Positions 36,758 to 44,208 of a stretch of DNA of 64,000 nt are shown here, one piece after another. Under the pieces are notes generated by a model. The model had not been told where the DNA came from and ran no database searches. It worked only from the letters and a program-made list of their open reading frames with translations. Origin of the DNA: Nitrospiria bacterium (lineage in GTDB: Bacteria; Nitrospirota; Nitrospiria; SBBL01; JAADHI01); the NCBI GenBank assembly GCA_046756925.1, contig JBHHXH010000001.1:20337-84336 (forward strand), given 5' to 3'. The number at the start of each line of letters is the position of its first letter. Position 1 is the stretch's first letter. Made by a program: the position numbers and the translations under genes.

Positions 36758-36790
36758 TCAAAATGACTTTCGAGGGAAAGGAAAATAACA

Positions 36791-38674
36791 ATGAAGAATC
36801 GAATGTGTGAAGTATGTGGTGCAACTGGTTTGTTTTTTGCCTTGTTGATGGGTTTCTCGGGTAACATATTTGCGGAAGAAATAACTGAAGAAGAGCCGAT
36901 GTTGCTGGACCCGATCGTCGTGACGGCGACACGACTTCCATCGCCTGTTCCAGAGGTCGGAAGCAGCATCACCATCATAAAAGGAAGAGATCTTGAGAAA
37001 AAACATATTAAAAGTGTCCCGGAAGCGCTTCGGGAAGTCGCCGGTGTGGATGTTGCGCAGTCGGGCGGACTCGGACAACAGACCTCGGTTTTTCTTCGGG
37101 GGGGGGAATCCAATCACACCCTGGTTCTGATCGATGGGGTCAAGGTCAATAGCCCCACGACAGGCGCTTTTGACTTTGGGGATCTGCTCGTTGAAAATAT
37201 CGCGCGGATTGAGGTGCTAAGAGGCCCCCAGAGTTCCCTTTACGGATCGGAGGCCATCGGTGGCGTCATCAACATCATCACGAAGCAAGGCAAGGGGAAG
37301 GCGTCGATCTCCTTGCTCACCGAGTTTGGATCCTTTGAAACCTTTCGGCAACGCCTTGGTGTTTCGGGTTCTGAAAACGACTTCGATTACACTTTTTCCA
37401 TTTCACGTCTGGAAAGCGAAGGGATTTCCGCGGCCAGTGAACAGCAGGGAAATAGCGAGGAAGACGGTTACAAAAACCTAACGGTGTCTCATCGGGTCGG
37501 CCTCAACTTCCTCAAAGACGGGCGGGCTGATTTCACCGTTCGATACATGACCGGAGAAGACGAGATCGATGCATCTGGCGGGAGTGGCGGAGACGACCTT
37601 AACCAAACCATCGAGCGGGATGCAATCTACACCTCACTGGTCCTCAAAAAACCAGTCACCGACTGGTGGACGCCCTCCCTTCTATTTTCCATCGCGGATG
37701 AAAATATTGAAACGAACGAGCCCGACGATCCGGCGGATACCTTCAATAACAGCCTCACAGAGATCAACGTCCAAGACCTTCTGTTTCTGAATGCATTTTC
37801 TCTTTTGAAAGAAAATACCCTTGTATTGGGGCTGGAGTACGATCAGAAGCAAGGGGCGAGCAGCAGCGGCGATTTCGACAAAGAAGTCGATATCAAATCG
37901 GTCTTTATAGAAGATCAAGCCGCTCTGCGGGATGCCTTATTCCTAACGGTAGGCGTTCGGTACGATGACCACAGTACATTCGGCGACAAGACAACGTTTC
38001 GTGTCACATCAGCCTATTTGATTGACGGATATGGGATGACCTTGCACGCCTCCTACGGCACCGGTTTCACGGCACCCTCATTTAATGACCTCTTCTTCGC
38101 GGGATTTTCTAATAAAGATCTACAAGCGGAGGAAAGCGAGGGGTTTGACATCGGCGTCAGAAAAGAATACCCCAGCAGCGGGGAACGCCCCACATCCTGG
38201 TTCGACGTGACTTATTTCAAAAATGATTTCGACGAGCTCATCGGTTTCTCTGGCTTTCAACCGTTTAACATTAACAAGGCCGAAGCAAGTGGTGTTGAAT
38301 TCACCAGCGGCATCGGTATTGTGAAAGGCTTGGTGATCAACCTTAGTTATACCTACATGGACAGCGAAGACAAAAGCACAGGGGACCCGCTCTTAAGAAG
38401 GGCCAAACACAAAGGCGCTTTTGGGATGGCTTATGATGCCACAAGCCGCCTCAATCTGAACCTGCTCGCAACCGTTGTGGAAGACCGGATTGACATTGGC
38501 GATGTGAAAATGGACGATTATGTCAAGGTCGATTTCGCATCCAGCTATCGCGCCACGGACCAGCTCGAAGGCTTCGCCCGCATCGAGAACCTCTTCGACC
38601 AGACATACGAAGAAATAGTTGGGTTTGGCACCGCTGGTTTCTCGGCTTATGGGGGGGTGACGCTGACCTTTTAA
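36791..38674 (+). CDS. btuB: TonB-dependent receptor, BtuB-like (riboswitch-controlled)
   Basis: TonB box DPIVVTATR, plug motifs (VFLRGGESNHTLVLIDGVKVNSP, IEVLRGPQSSLYGSEAIGGVINI) and a terminal ...GGVTLTF. Cobalamin riboswitches lie upstream. Confidence 0.85.
   Translation: MKNRMCEVCGATGLFFALLMGFSGNIFAEEITEEEPMLLDPIVVTATRLPSPVPEVGSSITIIKGRDLEKKHIKSVPEALREVAGVDVAQSGGLGQQTSVFLRGGESNHTLVLIDGVKVNSPTTGAFDFGDLLVENIARIEVLRGPQSSLYGSEAIGGVINIITKQGKGKASISLLTEFGSFETFRQRLGVSGSENDFDYTFSISRLESEGISAASEQQGNSEEDGYKNLTVSHRVGLNFLKDGRADFTVRYMTGEDEIDASGGSGGDDLNQTIERDAIYTSLVLKKPVTDWWTPSLLFSIADENIETNEPDDPADTFNNSLTEINVQDLLFLNAFSLLKENTLVLGLEYDQKQGASSSGDFDKEVDIKSVFIEDQAALRDALFLTVGVRYDDHSTFGDKTTFRVTSAYLIDGYGMTLHASYGTGFTAPSFNDLFFAGFSNKDLQAEESEGFDIGVRKEYPSSGERPTSWFDVTYFKNDFDELIGFSGFQPFNINKAEASGVEFTSGIGIVKGLVINLSYTYMDSEDKSTGDPLLRRAKHKGAFGMAYDATSRLNLNLLATVVEDRIDIGDVKMDDYVKVDFASSYRATDQLEGFARIENLFDQTYEEIVGFGTAGFSAYGGVTLTF
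37098..37106 (+). repeat. G9 homopolymer inside the btuB-like plug-coding region (codons R-G-G-E)
   Basis: Read directly: CTT CGG GGG GGG GAA. It is in frame as assembled. Confidence 0.95.
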
Positions 38675-38864
38675 ACACCTATATTTTATTAAAACTTGAG
38701 ATCGCCAGCCTTTTTTCACAACGCAATTGAAGGTTGTCTCGAAGGTAATCCAACGTGATGCCATCATCTTGAACGAACCGTTTTAGGAAGCAATGGCAAT
38801 TTAAAAATTGTCTCGTGTAACAAAGGGAAAGCAGGCGTATTGTGTCTCTACCCAACGTAAAATT

Positions 38865-38888
38865 TTTCCATTTCCATTTCCATTTCCA
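38865..38888. repeat. Hexanucleotide tandem repeat (TTTCCA) x 4
   Basis: Read directly. It lies in the 790-bp non-coding gap. Confidence 0.9.
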
Positions 38889-39464
38889 ATGGTTATGATG
38901 CGGAAATACGATCACGAAAGCCTCTCCGGACCGGGCCGCGCAACCGCTTCGTGAACTGGAGGAAAGCGGGTGGACACGACATCACCTTCAAACCGCTTGA
39001 CCTCATCCCCTTTCAGGATTCAGTTGAGATTGAGTGAAGGAACGGCCACCGTGCTTGTGAATACTTTCTTCAATCGATAAACTTATGAGAAGCAATCAAA
39101 GCGATTTTTATCGTGAAGAAGACTGTACGCTCTAAACGGGTATGTATTTTCGGACCAAGGAGAAATAAAGAAGGAATTAACAGCGATAACATTAAAATTG
39201 ACTCCTTTCTCTACTTAACGTGATCAGGCTGAGCCCCCTACGGGACCAAAGGGCTTTCTTCCAAGTTCTACCGGGTCGGCTTTTAAACGGGGCATGCTGC
39301 TGGCAATTTAATAATTGTGTATGTTAATTTCTGGCCAATGCCCACTAAAGTGCCTGTTTTGGCATATATTGCCTGGATAAGCGGCTGTTCACAGCCGAGC
39401 GGCTTGGCCGACCTTTATGCTGGTCTGGTTCTGGGCACCTCGCCGAAACAGCAAGGAAAATCCG

Positions 39465-40412
39465 ATGCGAATCGTCTCCTTTCTTCCCAGCGCCACCGAA
39501 ATCGTCTATGCCTTAGGGCTTGAAGATCAACTCGTCGGCGTGACGCACGAATGCGACTATCCACCCGGCGCGAAGAAAAAACCGGTGGCCGTCCGTAATG
39601 CCCTGGAGATGGCCGGCTTCAACCAAAGCGAGATCGATCAATGCGTCCGCGAAGCCGTACACACCGGAAAGAGCCTTTATGCCGTCGACGAAGCCCTGCT
39701 AAAAACAGCGGAACCGGACCTCATCCTTACGCAAGATCTTTGTCAGGTCTGTGCACCCTCCGGCAACGAAATGGCAAGGCTTTTAAAGCACCTGCCCAAG
39801 CCGCCGGAAATCCTGTGGTTGACACCCGCTTGCCTCGACGACATCTTCGAGAACATCAATGCAGTCGGTACCGCAACGGGCAAGGCCTCCGAGGCGAACG
39901 CGCTGGTGGATGAACTCCGGCTTCGGGTGAGAACGACTCAAGATCGTGTACAAAAACTTCATTCCCGTCCACGCGTCTTTTTCATGGAATGGCTCTCTCC
40001 GCCCTATTGCGGCGGCCACTGGGTCGGGGAAATGATCGCCCTCGCCGGGGGATCGGATCCATTTGCAAAACACGGCGCCGATTCTGTCCGCATCGCTTGG
40101 GACGAAATCGCTGCCTATGCACCGGAGATGCTCATCCTATCACCCTGCGGTTTCAATCTCTCTCAAGTCGTCGATCAAGCCGAACTGTTGACCCACTATT
40201 CCGGCTGGGCCTTGCTCCCCGCCGTGAAAAACGGCCGGGTCTTTGCCGTCGACGCCAACAGCTACTTCGCCCGGCCGGGACCACGGGTGGTGGACGGCAT
40301 CGAATTGCTGGCGCACCTTTTTCATCCGGGGCATTTCAAATGGAGGGGGCCGCCTACGGCTTTTCGTGTTTTGGATCGTGAGATGTTAGAATCCTTGACA
40401 TCATTACACTGA
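39465..40412 (+). CDS. BtuF-like cobalamin-binding protein without a signal peptide
   Basis: MRIVSFLPSATEIVYALGLEDQLVGVTHECDYPP, typical of the periplasmic-binding-protein cluster A fold, with no N-terminal hydrophobic segment. Start trimmed to ATG 39465. Confidence 0.75.
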   Translation: MRIVSFLPSATEIVYALGLEDQLVGVTHECDYPPGAKKKPVAVRNALEMAGFNQSEIDQCVREAVHTGKSLYAVDEALLKTAEPDLILTQDLCQVCAPSGNEMARLLKHLPKPPEILWLTPACLDDIFENINAVGTATGKASEANALVDELRLRVRTTQDRVQKLHSRPRVFFMEWLSPPYCGGHWVGEMIALAGGSDPFAKHGADSVRIAWDEIAAYAPEMLILSPCGFNLSQVVDQAELLTHYSGWALLPAVKNGRVFAVDANSYFARPGPRVVDGIELLAHLFHPGHFKWRGPPTAFRVLDREMLESLTSLH

Positions 40413-40418
40413 ATTGGG

Positions 40419-40691
40419 GTGAACCAGATCCCCCCTTTTATTGTTTCTCAGGCTCACCTAAACAAGACTAAAAGCTTTCTCAAACATTGGACCGAAATGA
40501 AAGATAAAGAGTATGCTGTTCTAGAATTACAAGAGGAAGCCATGAAGTATATAATTCGAGCCATCGCTAATTTGGCTGCTTATGAAAATACACGTACACA
40601 TGATTCACAGAGGTTTTTAGAATGGATAAAAAATAACCGAACTGATCTTTTTGATCCTAATGATCCTAAAACACAAGATGATCAGGAATGA
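40419..40691 (+). CDS. Hypothetical 90-aa protein, markedly AT-rich compared with its neighbours
   Basis: The ORF has a GTG start. Its composition is visibly lower in GC than the flanking genes. No family recognised. Confidence 0.4.
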   Translation: MNQIPPFIVSQAHLNKTKSFLKHWTEMKDKEYAVLELQEEAMKYIIRAIANLAAYENTRTHDSQRFLEWIKNNRTDLFDPNDPKTQDDQE

Positions 40692-40725
40692 AAATCCAAA
40701 GCAAAGAATGGAGCACTAACAAACC

Positions 40726-41325
40726 ATGCGCATCACAAAAGTCTACACCCGCACCGGGGACAAAGGCACGACCCGCCTGGCCAGGGGGCAGGAAATCCCA
40801 AAAGACCATCTTCGCATCGAAACCTACGGCACGGTCGATGAGCTGAACGCCATTGTCGGCCTGGCGCGGGCCTTCGCCCAAGAACTCCCGAAAACGATGC
40901 CGGAGCGAGATCGGCTCGACGAATGCCTGCACGGGATGCAGGACCGGCTCTTCGACATCGGCGGCATTCTGGCCTCGCCGCCTGGACAAGAATCGAAAGA
41001 GATGAAAGCGATCCTAAGCCAAGAAATCGACGCCCTGGAATCCTTGATGGACGACTGTCAAAAAGACCTTGAACCCTTGAAGGAATTCATCTTGCCGGGC
41101 GGCGGCAAGGTTGCGGCCTTTCTCCATCAGGCGCGGACGGTCTGCCGACGGGCGGAACGGCTTTGCGTGAGGCTCAACCGGGAGGAGGGTGTGCCGGAAG
41201 AAGTCCTCCGCTATTTGAACCGCTTGAGCGATGCCTTCTTTGTGCTTTCTCGCTGGATTGCGCAGGCCCAAAACGAACCTGAAACCCTGTGGCGGCGGCA
41301 TCAAAAGGATGAGCAGAAAATCTAA
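40726..41325 (+). CDS. PduO-type ATP:cob(I)alamin adenosyltransferase
   Basis: [18 protein letters not shown]...[15 protein letters not shown]...LPGG. 199 aa. Confidence 0.88.
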   Translation: MRITKVYTRTGDKGTTRLARGQEIPKDHLRIETYGTVDELNAIVGLARAFAQELPKTMPERDRLDECLHGMQDRLFDIGGILASPPGQESKEMKAILSQEIDALESLMDDCQKDLEPLKEFILPGGGKVAAFLHQARTVCRRAERLCVRLNREEGVPEEVLRYLNRLSDAFFVLSRWIAQAQNEPETLWRRHQKDEQKI

Positions 41326-41997
41326 AACCCAATACCTCATGATTCAAGGCACCGGCTCGCACGTGGGCAAAAGCGTCATCGTCGCGGCGCTCTGCCGGAT
41401 CTTCGCCAACCAGGGTCTGCGCGGCGCTCCCTTTAAAGCGCAAAACATGGCGCTCAATTGATGGGAATCTGCGGCGGTTATCAGATAATGGGAAAGGTCC
41501 TGATCGATCCGGAAAAAATCGAGTCGGACCTGGGCGAGATGGAAGACCTCGGCCTCTTGGATATCGCCACCGAGTTCCGGCCAGGAAAGATCACGGCACG
41601 GGTTTCGTTGCCCCTTAGGGCATGTCCTCCTCTTTTTTCCGAAGCGGGGGAAATCCTATCTGGCTACGAAATTCATGCGGGCATCAGCCGCCCCATTGGA
41701 TCTCAGAATACACCCTTATTTACCTCTCCGTCTTCCGATGCCGGGCACGTCGCAGGCCTCATCGACTCCCCCGGCCTTCTCTTCGGCACGAGACTGTACG
41801 GCCTTTTCGAAAACGATGGGTTTCGGCGACGCTTCGTCAATGTCCTGCGAATCCGGAAAGGACTCACGCCGATCTCCACGGCGCTCATCCTATATCGTAA
41901 TATTGAAGACCGACAGATCGAAGACTGGGCGGGCTTCGTTTCGAAAGCCCTCAACCTCGATTGGATCGAAGCCATGATTGCGGAACACCATCGATGA
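41309..41997 (+). pseudogene. cobQ: Cobyric acid synthase (cobQ/cbiP) relic with a large internal deletion and a frame change
   Basis: The N-terminal 50 aa ([22 protein letters not shown]...FKAQNMALN) ends at TGA 41459-41461. It is followed immediately in another frame by the C-terminal GATase part (GICGGYQIMG...GYEIHAG...GTRLYGLFEN). The middle of the protein is absent. Confidence 0.8.
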
Positions 41998-42929
41998 AGC
42001 GCCTCGGATCTTTTTTCGTTTTCTTCGCTTGGTTTTTTCTGCAGTTTTCATCGGCCGCGGAATCGCGCGCTCCAAAACCGCAACGCATTGTTTCCCTGAC
42101 CCTCGGGTCGGACGAAATCCTGCTATCGCTTGTCGATCCCGGCCGCATCCTCGTCATTACCCGCTATGCCACCGACCCGGTGATCTCTCACGTGTCTCAC
42201 TTGGCGGGTGCGGTCCCCAACAAGATCTCACAAATCGGCACGGAATCGATCGTGGCCCTTCGGCCCGATATCGTCTTCGCCTCCAGTTATTCGGCGACGG
42301 AGACCATTGGCCAGCTAAAGGCCTTGGGGCTCCCCGTCGTGACCTTGGAAGCATTCTCAACCATTGAGGGCATTCAAGAAAATATCCGGCGCGTCGGCGA
42401 AGCGGTGGGAGAAACGGAGAAGGCCGAAGCCCTCATTGCCGAAATGAACAAAGATTTGGCGTCCATCGCCGACCGCCTTTCGGGAATCACCCGCCGGCCC
42501 GGCGTCCTTTCCTTTGGCTTGGAAGGTTGGACTTCCGGTCAGGAGACCTACTTTGACGAAATCGTCCGGCTGGCGGGCGGGAGAAACCTGGCGGCGGAGG
42601 CGGGCGTTGTCGGGCATCCGAAGCTTTCGATTGAAACGGTGGTGGACCTCGATCCAGAAATTCTCATCCTCAATGCCTGGCAACCGGACGCGGATGAGGC
42701 CGAGCGTTTATTGCGCCATCATCCGGTCCTGCAATCGGTCGCGGCCGCCAAACACGATCGTGTCTATTCCATTCCAGGGAAATACCTGACATCGGTCTCT
42801 CACTTTGTGGTTCGCGGCATCGAGGTCTTGGCCCGGTACCTTCATCCGTCTCTTTTCAATCACAGCCCTTCGCACAGCCCCTCGCACAGCCCCTCGCACG
42901 GCAGATCGAAGAGCCTCTCGAAGCAATGA
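41994..42929 (+). CDS. ABC-importer periplasmic substrate-binding protein (BtuF / iron-siderophore family)
   Basis: Signal peptide MKRLGSFFVFFAWFFLQFSSA, RIVSLTLGSDEILLSL and a cluster A binding-protein pattern. Start trimmed to ATG 41994. Confidence 0.8.
   Translation: MKRLGSFFVFFAWFFLQFSSAAESRAPKPQRIVSLTLGSDEILLSLVDPGRILVITRYATDPVISHVSHLAGAVPNKISQIGTESIVALRPDIVFASSYSATETIGQLKALGLPVVTLEAFSTIEGIQENIRRVGEAVGETEKAEALIAEMNKDLASIADRLSGITRRPGVLSFGLEGWTSGQETYFDEIVRLAGGRNLAAEAGVVGHPKLSIETVVDLDPEILILNAWQPDADEAERLLRHHPVLQSVAAAKHDRVYSIPGKYLTSVSHFVVRGIEVLARYLHPSLFNHSPSHSPSHSPSHGRSKSLSKQ
42861..42899 (+). repeat. 12-bp tandem repeat x 3 (CACAGCCC[C/T]TCG) encoding (HSPS)3 in the C-terminal tail of the binding protein
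   Basis: Read directly from the sequence. Confidence 0.9.
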
Positions 42930-43993
42930 GCCCAGCAGCACAAGAACTCTCGCGAAAAATATCCTCCCGGCCGAAGGGGGGCGGTGCCTTGCTGCCCCTC
43001 ACGATTCTGTTGATCGGGACGGTCTTCTTCGCCACGGCCACCGGGGCCGTCGATCTGTCCCTTGCGGTCGTGGCCCGTATCGTTTTAAACGCCTTCCCCT
43101 TTTTGGAATGGGGGGGGTGGGAAGCAGCCCAAGAAACGATCATCCTGTCGATCCGCCTGCCACGGGTGCTGCTCGCCGTCCTCATCGGCGGCGGGCTGGC
43201 CGTGGCCGGGGCGGCGTTGCAGGCCCTTTTCCGAAATCCCATGGCCGACCCGGGCATCATCGGGATTTCCAGCGGCGGGGCCTTGGCGTCGGTGGTCGCG
43301 ATCGCCTCCGGACTCTCCAGCCACCACCCCCTCGCGCTGCCGTCGGCCGCCTTTGCGGGCGCTTTGCTCTCACTGTTCTTGGTCTATAGCATCGGAGTCC
43401 GGCAGAAAACGCCCTCCTCCGAAACCCTGCTGCTCTCGGGCATCGCCGTCGGAATATTCATGGGCGCGATCCTTTCTCTCATTTTGACACGGCTGGATTC
43501 AAACGACGCCCTCCGCGAAACCTTCTTTTGGCTGATGGGGGGTCTCGATGGACGGGGCTGGCCCCACCTACAGGCCGCTTTGTGGCCGATCGGCATCGGC
43601 AGCTTGGGACTCCTTTTCTTTTCGAGAGATCTTAATATTCTTTTATTAGAAGGAGAGGGCGGTGCACAGACCCTCGGGATCGAACTCCGCTATACTCGAA
43701 AGATGCTCCTGGGTCTGTGCGCCCTTATTATCGGCGCGGCGGTCGCCTTCTCCGGCACGATCGCCTTCGTGGGCCTGATCGTGCCGCACATGATTCGGCG
43801 CTGGATCGGTCCCAACCATCGGACCCTGCTGCCCGCAACTTTTTTATCCGGCGGCATCCTGCTGGTTGGGGCCGACCTCCTCGCCCGCACCTTGATCGCA
43901 CCCGAAGAACTCCGTTTGGGAACAATTACCTCCCTCATCGGCGTACCGTTTTTTCTCCATCTGCTTATGCAAAACAGGAACAAAAGAACTTAG
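42926..43993 (+). CDS. FecCD/BtuC-family ABC-importer permease
   Basis: 355 aa with about 9-10 hydrophobic segments. Motifs RLPRVLLAVLIGGGLAVAGAALQ and GTIAFVGLIVPHMIR. Confidence 0.88.
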   Translation: MSPAAQELSRKISSRPKGGGALLPLTILLIGTVFFATATGAVDLSLAVVARIVLNAFPFLEWGGWEAAQETIILSIRLPRVLLAVLIGGGLAVAGAALQALFRNPMADPGIIGISSGGALASVVAIASGLSSHHPLALPSAAFAGALLSLFLVYSIGVRQKTPSSETLLLSGIAVGIFMGAILSLILTRLDSNDALRETFFWLMGGLDGRGWPHLQAALWPIGIGSLGLLFFSRDLNILLLEGEGGAQTLGIELRYTRKMLLGLCALIIGAAVAFSGTIAFVGLIVPHMIRRWIGPNHRTLLPATFLSGGILLVGADLLARTLIAPEELRLGTITSLIGVPFFLHLLMQNRNKRT

Positions 43994-44208
43994 GCTAAAT
44001 GGATCAGAGATACCGAAGCGGTCCGCCCGGGCCACCAAAGCAATGCACGATGGAAGCACTGATAGTTCATTGTTGATAAGTTTTCAATTTTTCTTGTCTA
44101 ATCCGGCAACGGCAAAAACGGGGCTAAAGTTTTATTCCCCCTCACCGATGAGGAGGTTGTAACCCGGAATATCAGTAATATCTGCGCTGCAGCCTAGGAG
44201 GGAACATC

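Noticed and set aside
36748-36781. SD sequestration by pairing of CCTTTC (36748-36753) with GAAAGG (36776-36781) as the mechanism of riboswitch copy 2
   Set aside because: The CCTTTC segment overlaps the 3' strand of the P1 helix (TTCAGA). The simple model would therefore predict the wrong polarity for an OFF switch. The mechanism is left unresolved rather than claimed.
36322-37113. A 263-aa minus-strand ORF spanning the leader and the 5' part of the receptor gene
   Set aside because: The region is explained by two cobalamin riboswitch aptamers, a terminator and the start of the TonB-dependent receptor. The translation is Ser/Pro/Arg-rich, with no family resemblance.
38679-38915. A 78-aa minus-strand ORF containing HHNHWKWKWKWK
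   Set aside because: The W/K repeat is simply the translation of the (TTTCCA)4 microsatellite. The ORF has no RBS or family resemblance and lies in low-GC, apparently non-coding DNA.
39360-39373. A sigma54-like promoter (TGGCAT-ATA-TTGC) upstream of the cytoplasmic BtuF-like gene
   Set aside because: The GG and GC dinucleotides are separated by 8 nt rather than the required 10, so the -24/-12 geometry is wrong.
38865-42899. Short tandem repeats, (TTTCCA)4 and 3 x 12 bp, as a possible CRISPR or mobile-element signature
   Set aside because: The units are contiguous with no spacers and far too short. No cas, transposase or integrase genes, or terminal inverted repeats, were seen anywhere in the window.
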